A stretch of 64,000 bases of DNA from Azospirillum sp. 51_20 (GCA_001917175.1 MNTV01000018.1:53907-117906); one strand, 5' to 3'; positions 50,201-59,662 are shown, counted from the stretch's first letter. The notes: a model not told the origin generated them from the sequence alone. Made by a program: numbers and translations.

Positions 50201-53200
50201 GATGACGGCGGGCGCATCGACGACGCCGCCGGAACCGGACTGAATATTGTAGTCCACGCCGCTTTCCGACCAGCCGCTGCCGTTATAGGCGAATTTACCG
50301 TTCTTGTCATAGGTGTTAATTGCCTTGACGTTAACGTCGTTAACCGCAAATTCGGCATTGCCTTTAATGTCAACCGCGGTTACGGCGTTTGACGCATTGT
50401 CAACCCGGGCGCCGCTGGCTCCGACCACCGAAGCGTTGACGGAATCGGCGGTGCCGTTCTGTTTGACCGACCGGCTGGCAAGAACTTCCAGCGCTTCCAG
50501 GTCAAAATACCCATCTTTGCCGTCGGTGCCGATCGTTACTTTGGTTTCGGCATCGTTTTTGGTACCGGATATGGCCGCCGCGCCGGAAATAACGCCGCCG
50601 CTGCCGGAAACAGTTTCCGCATACAGAATGTCCGTCGCCTCGGCTTTGGCCGTCAGCTTGTCGGCCGTCAGGTCAATTGCCCCTATTTCGGTAATCGTGT
50701 CAAGGTGTCCCGCAGCGTCGGCAAGAGTTGCGCCGGCAGCCAAAATGCCGCCTCGGTACGCCGAAGAAACCGCCGCCTGTCCGGAGTTGGACATGCTCAG
50801 AATCTCCACGTTTCCGGCACCGGTAAATTTGGCGCCGTCTTCAACTTTGGCCAGCACCTTGCCCCCGACGCCGGCAGAAGACTGCGCGCCGTTGCCGCCG
50901 ATCAGGGCGCCGGCCGCGGCCAGCGAATCGGTTACGGCATCGGCTTTCAGCTGCCCGGCACCGACATAAACGTCAGCGGCGGCAATTTCCGCGCTGCCGT
51001 CGACAACCGCCTGATTGTCCAGATCAATATCGGATTTGGCAACTGAAGCGCCGACGCTCAAAACGCCGGCATTGACACCCAGCGCCCCGGCATTGCCGTG
51101 GCTGGAACCCGAAGTAAACATGCGGAAACCTTCCGCCAGTTTGAAAACCGCATCACCGACATAAGACTTCAGCTTGCTGACAATCGAACTTTCGGCATAG
51201 GCGCCTTCGCCGCTGACAACGCCGGCCGCACCGGCAATCGCCTGAACGTCGACGCTGACGTCGTCTTTGGCACTGCCCTCAAAGCTGTCTGCCGTTACTT
51301 TGGCACCGTCGGCGACAAAAGCCCGAACATCGTTGGTCTTGTTAACGATTGCTACCGACGCGCCGGCCGCGCCGCCGACCGACGCTTCCACCCCGGCCGC
51401 CAGAACCTCGATGTCGGACTCGTCTTCGGCTTCCATGGTTACGTTGCCGGCGTTAACGACGGCACCGTTGCCGACATAAGCCTGAGCGTGGCTGTCCGCG
51501 TTGACATGAACCACCGATCCGCCGGCGGCAAACATGGTGGCAATGACGCCGCCCATGCTCTTGCTGTCAACATCGGTTTTGGTCAGAGCACTCAATGAAA
51601 AGTCTTTTCCGGAAGCAACCAGCGCGTTGCCGGCAATATAAGCTTTGGCCGCGTTGCGGATGTCGGTTATGCCGACCGAAGCGCCGGCACTGACACCGCC
51701 GGCAGCCATTTCGCCGGTCAGATTACGGGTGTGCACGTCGTCGGTCGCGGCAACCGCAATATTGCCGCCGGCTTTTACCGTCGCCCCCGAACCGACATAG
51801 GCGGAAGTGCCGACGTCTTTGCTGACGGAAGTCGAGAATTCCTTGTTAACATCGCGGTCAAATTCGGACAAATCAATATCCGTCGGCAGCCCGTTGATGT
51901 TCAGACTGTCCTGATACTCGTTATTGCGGGCAATTTCGGCATTGACCGTTTCCAAAACGCCGGCCGTCTGCTCCTGCATGTCGGCAGTATAGTTGCTGCC
52001 GACGCGAATGACGGAAATTGCGCCCGACAAAGTGCCGGCGCCGCCCGAACCGGCAATACCTTCCACGCTGATGTCGCGGACACTGTCGGCCGTAATGTCA
52101 ATGTTTCTGCCGGCGGAAAGCGCCAGACTGCCGATTGTTCCGGCCGAAGTTCTGCCGTCAATGGTGGAAACGTCCACGCTGGCGCCGCCCGAACCCAGGC
52201 CGACCGCCGCCGAACCCAGCAGGTTTTCAATCGCGGCGTCGGCGGAAGCGGCAATTTTCACATCCTGCGAAGCGTTGCTCATGTTTTGGTTGATTTCGGT
52301 CGTTTTGCCCTCGTCTTCGGTAATGAAAGCTTCGGTCGTATTGTCGATCGTATTGACCGCAACCGAACCGGCAACGCCGGAATAAGCGCCCAGACCGGCG
52401 GCAAAGACGTAAGACAAAATGCTGCTGTCGGAATCGGCCGTCAGCGAAAGCTTCTTCGCAACATCGACGGAAGAGTTGCCGATTTTGGCCGTCGTATCGT
52501 TTGCAATGTCGGAAACCAGAACCGACGCGCCGGTGCCGTTATACAGACCGACGCCGCCGGCGCCCAGGGCAACCGCAAAATCCTCTTCCGTTCCGTCATC
52601 CTTCAGGCGTTTGCCGAGGCGGGTTACATCTTTTGCCGCCACCGTCATGCTGCCGTAGCCGGCAATCGTCGAAGCGTCGACCAGCGCGCGGTTATGGTTG
52701 CCGATTTCCGCCACGTTGACATTGCCGGCCACCCCGACCTTGCCGCCGGCGCCGCCGACAACAACCGAGTTAAAATAGGTTTTGGCGTCGGTATTAACCC
52801 CGATGTCGCCTTTCGACTTCACGTTTGAACCGTTGACGATTTCCGCTTTGGTCGTATTCTCCACCAGCGTGGTAACCGAGGACAGGCCGACCCCGACTGT
52901 TCCGCCGGCCAGCGTGCCGGCATGGGTTTCCAGCTGCGTCTTGTTGGCAGCAGAAACGTTAACCTCTTGATTTACGGCATATTTTTCATCATTTCCGCCG
53001 CTTAAGTCCTGATTGATTTTGGCATTGTCAATTCTTGCGACCGCCGAATTGTTAACCTGACTGACCGCCACGTTGGCGCCGATGCCGGCAGCTTTGCCGA
53101 GGCCGGCGTTGACGCCGTACATATTGACGATGCTGTCGTTTTCGGCCGCCACGCCGACACCGGTCGTTCCGTCTTCCGCCAGCTTGTTGCCGTAAGCCTT

Positions 53201-56200
53201 AATTTCGGAATTGTTACGGATTTCGGCCAGCGTGTCTTCGCTCACCGAACTGGTGCCGACGGTTCCGCCGCCGCCCACGCCTTTGGTTGAAAGCGCAATC
53301 ATGCCGCCGTAAAAATTGATGACGCTTTTGGCAATGCTCTTTAACAACACGCTGCCGTAAGCCGTCAGACCGGAATTGTCGGCATAGCCGTAAGTGCGGT
53401 TATTGATGTTGTTGACGGAAACCGAACCGGAAACGGAAGCCTTGCCGCCGTAACCGACGCCGGCCGAAGAAGTTTCGATTTCCGAAGTATTTTGCGCCGT
53501 GATCGAAATATTGCCCTTTTCGGCTTCAATATCGGCGTTTTTGGCGTAGGATTCCGTGGTATTGTCAATTTCGTTCACCGCGACCGAAGCGCCCACGCCG
53601 CCGGTGCCGGCGGCAGAAATGTTGCCGGCCAGAGCAAAGATGTCGGCGCCGCTTTCGGCTTTGATTTCAACATTATCGGCACTGACGAATTTGCCGCCGT
53701 TAACTTTCGAATTGCTGACATAGGCCGCCGTCCGGTTGCCGATCTCGTTGATCGACACTGCGCCGGCAATGGTAATGCCGGTTTTGCCGAACGCGCCGGA
53801 AGCGCTTTCCGCCGCAGCGATAATTTCGCCGGTTGAGGCCGCATGGATTTTCAGGTCGCCGATATTGTCGACTTTCGCGTTGTTGACAAAGGCAACCGAC
53901 CGCGAACCATCCAGCTTGTTGATGCCGACTGCGCCGGCTATGCCGACGTTGGTGCCGCTTTGTTTGACAAAGGAAACGCCGCCGCCGACGGTCAGGACAT
54001 CGTTGTCGTTATTGCTCGCCACTTCAAGAGCGGGACGTTTTTCCTCATCCCCCGAAGCGCCTGACACGCCTTCGATCACCGCGTTGTTGACATAGGCTTC
54101 GGAAACGCTTTCCAGCGTGTTGTAGGAAGCGGTGCCCGACAACCCGAGACCGAAATTGGTACTGCCGTTGTCCTGGCCTTTATCCTGGGTAATCAGCGCA
54201 CCGGCGGCGGAAACGGCGTAGAGGTTTGAACTGTTTTGGGCGTTGACGAGGATGTTGCCGTCGGTAACGATTTTGCCGGTAACGGCAGAGTTGTCATTCT
54301 GATTCAAGCTGCCGATCACCGCGCGGGTATTCTGACTAATGTCGTTCAACGCGCCCGAAGCGCCGATGCCGACCATGGAACCGCGAACCACGCCGCCGGC
54401 AATGTTGACAAAGCTGTTTTCGCTTTCGGCGTTAACCGTAACGCCGCTCTTTTCGTCCGCCTTTTCAACCAGGACGTCCGCCTGATTGCTGATTTGCGCC
54501 AGCACGTCGGAATTGGACTTCAGCCAGTCGAACGTCCCCTGAAAACCGAAAGTGTCCGACTTTTTGTAACCGGCGGTGCCGGCAATCGACAGATTGCGGT
54601 GGGTTGCGGAAGCATTGACGTCCAAATCGCCGGCATAAAGTTTGACGTTGTCGCCGATAATCGCGTTAACTTTGCTGTCGTACCAGGTTTGCAGATATGA
54701 GCCGCCGAGGCCGAATTTGGCCGCGCCGCCGTATTCGCCGGACATGTTGAAGGTTTCGACATAGCTGTCGGCGCTGACTTTGACGGCCGGCGCCTTGTCC
54801 AGCCTGGTGTAGCCGGCATTGTTCGGATTATACAGCTGATTGATCTCGGCGCCATCGGCAATCACCGCATCGGACTTGTTGTTAAATTCCATCAGGTTGA
54901 CCGAACCGGCAATGCCGACAATGCCGTTTTTCTCCTCTCCGGGGTTTGCGTCGCCGGAACTGGTGTTGGCGCTGCTCTTGACCAACGAGGTATAAAACGA
55001 CATCGGGTTGTCTTCCAGATATTTTTCAATGTTGGTCAAAAGCGCTTCGCCTTTTTCCAGCACGTTACCGGCCAAACCGTCGAAAACGTTGAGGATGGAA
55101 GCGTCCGGCCACAAAACAGGTTCTTCGGTTTCAGAAGTCAGCTCAAGGCTTTGCGAAGCGTTGACGGCAACGCCGGCGCCGATTTCCGCGCGGGAAGTGT
55201 TATCGTAAACGCCGTAACCGACCGCCCCGGCAAAAGAATTTTCCTTGTTCTGGTCCTGACTGTGGTCCTTGTCGTTCGTCTTGGGCGAAACGCTTGCGCT
55301 GGCGCCGTTGGTAATCACGTCCATAACATGCGAACCGATTGTAACTTTGTCGCCGGTCACCGTAGTTTTGGGCGTATCGGCAGCCGTTTGTCCTTCGCCG
55401 TAGTTGTTGGCAATTTTGACATTTGAACTGTTGTTGTGTTTGCTGTAGGAAACTGCGCCGCTCATTGCCAGCTTGACGTTGCTTTGCGAATGGGTCTGCG
55501 CCGGAATGGCAGTAATCCATTTGGACAGGCCGTCCAGCATCTTGTTGCCGGCCCATACGTTCAACCGGTCGAAAATACCGTTGCCGACGACGGTTTTGGC
55601 GGAAGACGCGTTTTTAACCGCTTCAATGTCGGAAGTAATGTTAACCGTACCGCCTTTAATCGTTCCGCCGACGGTCACGCTGCTGCTGCTTTCGGATTCG
55701 CTGTAAGCCACGCCGGCCGCCGCCCAGCCGTCCTGATAAGCCAGTCCTTCGGCGGCGACGTTATGCGACTTGCGGGTATCGGCGGCAATCTCCAGTTTGT
55801 CGGTTGCGGTAATGCTCGCTCCGTTTTTAATGTCAATTTTGTTATCGGTATCGGTCAGACCGACGGCTACCGCAATATCAACCGGCACGCCGCGGCCGCT
55901 GCCGTAAGCGGAGGTTGTCGCCTCGGCCGAAGTAGTACTGTCGATTTCGGAAGTGATGGCCACGTTTTTGCCGCTGATGTTGACGCCGCTGTCAATAAAG
56001 ACGCCTGAAGCAGCACTGTTTTCGGCCACAGTCACGTCAATGCCGGTACCCAGCGTGTCCACTTCGGAGTTGGAAACTACCTTGGAATTGATTTTGACGT
56101 CTTCTTTGGCGGCAATGGTTACGTTTTTGCCGATATTGATGCCGGCTTCCGCCTCCGACTTGCTGTAACCGACAAACAGGCCGCTGTCGGTCAGCGCCTC

Positions 56201-57565
56201 GAAAAATTCCAGCCCTTTGGCCTTCAAGGTTTCGCCGATCGCCGTCAGCGCCGACGAACCGTTGTCTTCCGTCACTTCGCCGGTAACGATGCCGTCCAGC
56301 ACTTCGGCGTCGCCGGCCAGCGCATAGAGATAAATGTTGTCGCCTTTTAAGGTCGCGTTGTCCTCAATGTTCAGAAACGCGCCGCTTTTCTTGACCCAGC
56401 CGGCGTCGGTGTCGCGGGCGATCAGAGTGATATCGCCGTTCTCCTTAACCAGACTGACGCCTTGTTTGACGTTGACGATATTGGCGATCGCGTAGATGTT
56501 GTCCTGTCCTTTGTAAGCGCTGTCGGAAGTGATGTTTAAAATTTCGGGATCAATAAAGATCATGCCGTCCCGGCCGCCGGCCGTCATGGTGCCGCCGTTC
56601 AAATTGACTTCCTTTAACGCGCTCAGTTCGACAAAGCCGCCTTTGGCCGAACCGTCGTAAGCGTCGGCGGCAATTTCCGCGCCTTTTTCCAGATCGGCCT
56701 TATTGTCGGCAAAAACCACCACCGAACCGCCGTCCTTATGCTCGGCAGACCCTTTGGCGCTGATCAGCGAGCCTTTCCGCAGGCTGATATTGCCGCCGGC
56801 TTTGACAACGATGCCGCCGGCTTTGCCGCTGCCGCCCGCATCGGCTTTGATCGTCCCGGCATTAACCACGTCGTTTTCGGCAAAAACGCCGATTTTGCCG
56901 TCTTTGAAAGCAAGAGGCGCGTCAATGTCAAGACCGCCGGTATTAACGATGTCGGAAGCCTGCGTCGGTTTGAGGTTGGCCAAAATCTCGCCGGCGTTAA
57001 CCACGCCGCCGGCCCTGACCGCAACCGAATCAAGCGCTTTGATTTTGCCTTTGACGGAAATGACGCCGGCCGGATTGATCGGCAGGTCGCCCGCCAGCAC
57101 GGACTTGGTCGCCAGTTCGGAAATGCTGCCGTCCTGCCCGATCACCTGATCCATGAATTCCTTGTTCGGGGTTGAAAGCATCAGCGAACCGACGTTGACC
57201 ACGCCGCTTTTGCCGATGGCAATGCCGTGCGGGTTCAGAATGAAGACGTTGCCGCCGATTTTGCCGTTTTTGATTGAGTTCAGAATGCCGTCGATGTTGG
57301 TTTTGCCGTCGCGCACCAGGTTGATCAGATTGAGCGTGGAACCGGGCAGATAAAGGTTGACCGTGGTTCCTTTGTAGACGTCGAAATTGGAAAACGAGTT
57401 GAACGCGTTTTGGCCGGAAACGGTAGAAGTCGTCACGTCATACACATGGCCGTTGACGTTAACCGTGGTCTGGGTACGGCCGTCGGGGGTAATCATCGCC
57501 GCCCAACAAACATTGGAAAACATAAAGCTGTAAATTGTCAGGTAAGTGATGATTTTTCTGAACAT
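44222..57565 (-). CDS. Giant two-partner-secretion exoprotein (TpsA; filamentous-hemagglutinin/adhesin family) of 4447 aa
   Basis: N-terminal signal peptide and TPS domain (NLINLVRDGKTN..ILNPHGIAIG, a variant of the NPNGI motif). Highly repetitive Gly/Val/Ser/Asn/Ala-rich beta-helix-like composition over 13.3 kb. Immediately downstream of tpsB. The best start is ATG at 57565, with an AGGAG ribosome-binding site; the track uses a TTG at 57583. Confidence 0.85.
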   Translation of the reverse strand: MFRKIITYLTIYSFMFSNVCWAAMITPDGRTQTTVNVNGHVYDVTTSTVSGQNAFNSFSNFDVYKGTTVNLYLPGSTLNLINLVRDGKTNIDGILNSIKNGKIGGNVFILNPHGIAIGKSGVVNVGSLMLSTPNKEFMDQVIGQDGSISELATKSVLAGDLPINPAGVISVKGKIKALDSVAVRAGGVVNAGEILANLKPTQASDIVNTGGLDIDAPLAFKDGKIGVFAENDVVNAGTIKADAGGSGKAGGIVVKAGGNISLRKGSLISAKGSAEHKDGGSVVVFADNKADLEKGAEIAADAYDGSAKGGFVELSALKEVNLNGGTMTAGGRDGMIFIDPEILNITSDSAYKGQDNIYAIANIVNVKQGVSLVKENGDITLIARDTDAGWVKKSGAFLNIEDNATLKGDNIYLYALAGDAEVLDGIVTGEVTEDNGSSALTAIGETLKAKGLEFFEALTDSGLFVGYSKSEAEAGINIGKNVTIAAKEDVKINSKVVSNSEVDTLGTGIDVTVAENSAASGVFIDSGVNISGKNVAITSEIDSTTSAEATTSAYGSGRGVPVDIAVAVGLTDTDNKIDIKNGASITATDKLEIAADTRKSHNVAAEGLAYQDGWAAAGVAYSESESSSSVTVGGTIKGGTVNITSDIEAVKNASSAKTVVGNGIFDRLNVWAGNKMLDGLSKWITAIPAQTHSQSNVKLAMSGAVSYSKHNNSSNVKIANNYGEGQTAADTPKTTVTGDKVTIGSHVMDVITNGASASVSPKTNDKDHSQDQNKENSFAGAVGYGVYDNTSRAEIGAGVAVNASQSLELTSETEEPVLWPDASILNVFDGLAGNVLEKGEALLTNIEKYLEDNPMSFYTSLVKSSANTSSGDANPGEEKNGIVGIAGSVNLMEFNNKSDAVIADGAEINQLYNPNNAGYTRLDKAPAVKVSADSYVETFNMSGEYGGAAKFGLGGSYLQTWYDSKVNAIIGDNVKLYAGDLDVNASATHRNLSIAGTAGYKKSDTFGFQGTFDWLKSNSDVLAQISNQADVLVEKADEKSGVTVNAESENSFVNIAGGVVRGSMVGIGASGALNDISQNTRAVIGSLNQNDNSAVTGKIVTDGNILVNAQNSSNLYAVSAAGALITQDKGQDNGSTNFGLGLSGTASYNTLESVSEAYVNNAVIEGVSGASGDEEKRPALEVASNNDNDVLTVGGGVSFVKQSGTNVGIAGAVGINKLDGSRSVAFVNNAKVDNIGDLKIHAASTGEIIAAAESASGAFGKTGITIAGAVSINEIGNRTAAYVSNSKVNGGKFVSADNVEIKAESGADIFALAGNISAAGTGGVGASVAVNEIDNTTESYAKNADIEAEKGNISITAQNTSEIETSSAGVGYGGKASVSGSVSVNNINNRTYGYADNSGLTAYGSVLLKSIAKSVINFYGGMIALSTKGVGGGGTVGTSSVSEDTLAEIRNNSEIKAYGNKLAEDGTTGVGVAAENDSIVNMYGVNAGLGKAAGIGANVAVSQVNNSAVARIDNAKINQDLSGGNDEKYAVNQEVNVSAANKTQLETHAGTLAGGTVGVGLSSVTTLVENTTKAEIVNGSNVKSKGDIGVNTDAKTYFNSVVVGGAGGKVGVAGNVNVAEIGNHNRALVDASTIAGYGSMTVAAKDVTRLGKRLKDDGTEEDFAVALGAGGVGLYNGTGASVLVSDIANDTTAKIGNSSVDVAKKLSLTADSDSSILSYVFAAGLGAYSGVAGSVAVNTIDNTTEAFITEDEGKTTEINQNMSNASQDVKIAASADAAIENLLGSAAVGLGSGGASVDVSTIDGRTSAGTIGSLALSAGRNIDITADSVRDISVEGIAGSGGAGTLSGAISVIRVGSNYTADMQEQTAGVLETVNAEIARNNEYQDSLNINGLPTDIDLSEFDRDVNKEFSTSVSKDVGTSAYVGSGATVKAGGNIAVAATDDVHTRNLTGEMAAGGVSAGASVGITDIRNAAKAYIAGNALVASGKDFSLSALTKTDVDSKSMGGVIATMFAAGGSVVHVNADSHAQAYVGNGAVVNAGNVTMEAEDESDIEVLAAGVEASVGGAAGASVAIVNKTNDVRAFVADGAKVTADSFEGSAKDDVSVDVQAIAGAAGVVSGEGAYAESSIVSKLKSYVGDAVFKLAEGFRMFTSGSSHGNAGALGVNAGVLSVGASVAKSDIDLDNQAVVDGSAEIAAADVYVGAGQLKADAVTDSLAAAGALIGGNGAQSSAGVGGKVLAKVEDGAKFTGAGNVEILSMSNSGQAAVSSAYRGGILAAGATLADAAGHLDTITEIGAIDLTADKLTAKAEATDILYAETVSGSGGVISGAAAISGTKNDAETKVTIGTDGKDGYFDLEALEVLASRSVKQNGTADSVNASVVGASGARVDNASNAVTAVDIKGNAEFAVNDVNVKAINTYDKNGKFAYNGSGWSESGVDYNIQSGSGGVVDAPAVISKTVIDNEATVDFGADTVFSRNVARKEKEKDYQFAVSALNDVKATDKAKLVSGGVLAIADTVSSIDNRKNKAAVNLKGSIASIDDLILTANSNANLNSEVYVNTYGASGVAMGSSTVRTTSDNSVNFADGSRTMSYGDLHVYAGQAYEDYSGNNTLHSRVYLWNNTALPFSDPEVEATIVMNNLINIDSGAVVKSGRDINLTSNMGIAVADGFSSAKNPYNELLSLEDKSFNGTVDNNSRIVVNGTAEAGVNNIQKFIIDENGRVKVTIGEETFYDDDQLYHKKTGEKLYSNIIDEINRMKNLRAEYIEDKDAVAYYDAEIAALQAKLTLMGLYSENGGTVNTTVNYITLGDIYAQPGAISLNTQSMEGTGLMSVTSDAAVTIENKSSSFLRVSDITIPEGSGGTVKLNGAAVTGDIGSLKVHIAEKTMESPTVTITSDIAANDGRAPNIDIDGTVTNYGGLVKVNNAAGSIYVNGTIHGKDLNITAGRDIYQGYTNGFRHIGGSPEAAWDAIASGNESGHLTDGSATASSNADIDDSRSSLVAGNNIFLSGRYINLNGLVQSGTTDYNLDIPDGEIQLAGGLTSETALADYNRNKQYNYNASPLYKLSDKYGNVDAYYNAVTGQIELADVRVEGGYVEIYGHILNTSQNSGEIMVTDGYGRVNINNRSGREIVVNNMSLSNRISGVIKITDLAKKNAAGEYLQTTYTRNGNTITVADNNGGSKDINAVQDENGKSSTAYSPLENQRYVWQTGQKTVSETTKTYEGDSFWGMDWLVPDTGEGVTVTGPTPVGDPVKMEDGERIEISSSGNKYEYEKDSYVSSEDKLIYHNVEEWSEGWWIFSVDKYKTTDIYQKGETHINTHSVKADYDIKISFKGYDSALADIVSKSDITLNGVINNRSGTTNITTEGAIKVGSDYARILGDGLNLTANNGIGSNGTALAVDVAGGNLNVVNKVSGDVNLKSAGSDFVFNSIVNNGGNTSVNAAGSIFGASADSLISGGKISLTAQTGSIGTDDTALKIQTSGDEDSALTVLANNNVNLVQEEGDLGLESVVSLAGDVNVKVENGSVFDANTNEVYDDKTVEQLTKIWDDMGLDVGNEQMKEAFLNGKKAEYNAYWQYKSRQPEGGEPEFRFTAAEREALLNKELNESEKQALGMDKITDEYINRLEAEKTAEYKKLAAVYGDEGKYGSSYDAGWTYRLSEAEEAELAEGAGWNKSQLAYSIFKAKEGEVVDTQYMIEDPNVVGKNVTIEANGSIGQDTGSETFKLSELSLETDVDKILLIASAERDNLEIAEDGDTVTVHKREDVDIHADSITLKARDYIYLGGEEDINVNTVEAGEGQKITIAGAKGIYNVATEADHANVIGGDLVLEAADGSIGTEDKALNLKLADGAKVTARSQNDIFLNSTGGDLVAESLLAKDGVLSLTADGSLIAGTLKEGEIVNLQGQSIVVNAENVGDEDNYLTVALGDKENEEHTLTLNVAGDANVNNLGAQELAVESSAVGGTLRLKSASSLIGATADSLLSAAALEFNGVGGDIGAAGRYLNVSTERLTASADGSIYLNNVRSAVFEGVNAGREIEITSAADLTLNDATAGGSVKVNGAGSLFANNLRAGGDLLMTAENDLDVSGATAEGSVTLVSRLGDMVAELIGSGGDMKIDAAGNLTAGNINAGEKVSIAADSADLDEVVSGGDMRIAVNSDNIFGRLTSEKGNIALTVENADANLRGSVKAANGRVTVTAGGSVLNAGAPAEGAIIANTVDLTAKNGSIGTSGNYLTVDSSYTEPGWISALAEKGIFISEVNGDMNVRRFASNGDIDMRVESSIMAAPGMDPEVPNFKADNITLHTNGSIGMPDNRLVLALNDNGRGKINLKAETGIAVNKLGDGLVSDYVYNLQSGKVMIGLPSGHANIARVTAVGGFELYVREHTDFYNIWLGISDLEARMMNPPYTEYPSENPIEIMRAPLLDRYKLQTGDGLFMNIGSLTGEEEKLSVGF

Positions 57566-57576
57566 ATGACTTGCTC

Positions 57577-59283
57577 CTACCAAATTCTGGATTGAATGAA
57601 GAAAAGGAATTCGACGTCTTCGTCGCTTTCGTAATATTTGTGTTCCTTGAGCGGAAACGCCACCGTAAAGTTGGCGTCCAGCCGCCCAAACAGTCCCGCC
57701 CGGGCACCGACGCCGGTACTGTAGATAAAAGCTTCGTTTTCGTTTTTCAAATTGTTGCTGTCTTTGGCATAGACATGACCAAAGTCAAAAAAGGCATAGA
57801 CTTTGGCGCTGTTCAGCCAGTCGGCTTCCTTAATCAGCGGTTTTATGTCGTATTGCAGTTCGTTCATGACGGCAAAACCCTTGTCGCCGACCAGCATCCC
57901 CTCGGTATAGCCGCGCACCGAATTGACGCCGCCGATCTGGAACTGTTCCGACGACGGCAGGAAATCCTGCTCGGTATATTGCGCCTTGGCCTTGACGTTC
58001 AGGGCAAAATCGTCGAGGAAACTCTACTGAAACTCGCCGTTATAATTGAAGCGCCAGAAGGAACGGGTGCCGTCAAACAGCTTGGCGCCTTTGGTAACGC
58101 TCAGCTGATTATACAAGTAACCGCCGGCAAACAGTTTTAAGCTGTCCCACGACAGGCTCAGGGTATCGGTATAAACCTTCTGGGTGCGGAAATCGCCGAT
58201 ATAGGAAGCGCCGTTTTTAAAATTAGCGGTGAAGTTGAGATTGTTGACAAAACTGTCGGTTACGTAAACCGGACGTTTGACATAAAAATAATAGTTGTAG
58301 AAATTGCCGGTTACGTCCAGCGCCTTCAGGTCACCGCCGACGATTTCGGTATCGGAATAGTCGGCGCCGAAACCGATGCGGCTGTCAAAAACCGGTTCGG
58401 GAATATCAAACGAACCGAAAAAGGCATTCGACCCTTCGGTTACCACGCCGCCGAAGTTCAGATTGTCACGGTAACCGGTCAGACTGCGGACGGAAGCAAA
58501 GGCGCCGGCACGGTAAACGCCGGTCGACTTTTGTCCGGCATTGTCGGCAAAAGCAGATACGGACACCCTCTGCGGCTCTTCGACAATCACGTCAAGGTCG
58601 GTGGTGGCAAACTTTTCGCCCGGTTCCATCGCAATCCGCGCCTTGATGTCGTTGGCGGCGTTAAACATCAGAATGTTGTCCTGAAGCTCCTTAACGTTCA
58701 GTCGGTCGCCGCTTTCAACGCCCAGATTTCTGCGCACGAAATTTTCGCTGGTCGACTTGTTTTCCTTAACCGTAATCCTGTCGATTTTTCCTTCAATCAG
58801 ATTGATTTTGAGGATATGGTCGCGCACGTCCTGGTTGGGAACATAGGCTTTGGCAGCAAAATAACCGCGATCCTTATATTCGCGGTCCACTTCTCTGACG
58901 ATTGCGCCGATGTCGTTTAAGCCGATTTCCTTTCCCTCGTAACGCGAGGCAATGCCTTCGAGAAAACTGTCGGGCAAAAGCTCCGAACGGTCAAAGATCA
59001 AGCGTTTCAACTTCATGATCTTTTTGTCGGCGGCAGCTTTTTTCTCCGGCGCCTTGTCTTTTTTCTTTGCGGACGCATCTTTTAACTTTTCTTTTTCATA
59101 TTCGTCCGAAAAACGGCGGATTCTGGCGTCGGTAGCCTTGGAACGCAGGGTTTCCTTGGTTCTCTCCAGTTCATAAGCCGGCGAATAGGCGCGGACGGCG
59201 GGTACGACGGGAACGGTTTGGGCATGCGCACAGGAAACGAATACGGCAAAAATCCCGACATTCAATATGCTCAGTCTGGTCAA
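57577..59283 (-). pseudogene. TpsB (ShlB/FhaC-family outer-membrane transporter) reading frame interrupted by a single in-frame TAG at 58024-58026
   Basis: ORFs 58024-59283 and 57577-57918 are in the same frame. Reading through the TAG gives a continuous, TpsB-like sequence (...NYNGEFQ*SFLDDFALNVKAKAQYTEQDFLPSSEQFQIGGVNSVRGYTEGM...) including the conserved GG.NSVRGY motif. The signal peptide is MTRLSILNVGIFAVFVSCAHA. Confidence 0.65.
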
Positions 59284-59494
59284 AACAAAAACCTTAAAAT
59301 TCTGTTAATTTAATGTTTTTATAATAAGCCGCAAATGTCTTTTGTCAAGAACATTATTTTAACTTACAAAAATAATACCTTGATATATTTACGATTTTTT
59401 GCCGCCTTTGATTTTTTATCAGACTCAAAAACAAACGGTTATCGTTTTTGACAATTCCGTTGCGGATTTTCCGTCAAACGTCCTTCACTAAGCC

Positions 59495-59502
59495 GGGGGG
59501 GG
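59495..59502. repeat. G8 homopolymeric tract about 210 bp upstream of the tpsB start
   Basis: Literal AGCCGGGGGGGGCGGA. Confidence 0.9.
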
Positions 59503-59662
59503 CGGATCAGCCGTCACAGCCTGACCGCACTCATCGGCGCGGAACGGCGTTTGGACGACCGCCCTGCATTCGGCCCCGGCAAATCGTTTTTTCTGCAAAA
59601 AATGTAACCAAAAAAGAGCGGACAAACGCCCGCTCTTTTTTCAACAAGATAAAGAGGAAGTT

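Noticed and set aside
44565-57175. Dozens of 60-365-aa ORFs on the plus strand and in alternative minus frames inside tpsA
   Set aside because: They are antisense or out-of-frame artefacts of the GC-rich, repetitive 13.3-kb tpsA gene. They have Ala/Pro/Ser/Thr/Arg-biased compositions and lie entirely within the single long TpsA frame, which has the TPS domain and signal peptide.
57919-58023. Considered annotating two separate genes, a 419-aa TpsB and a 113-aa POTRA-less fragment
   Set aside because: Both are in one frame and the intervening translation is TpsB-like. A single gene with an internal amber codon explains the data better.
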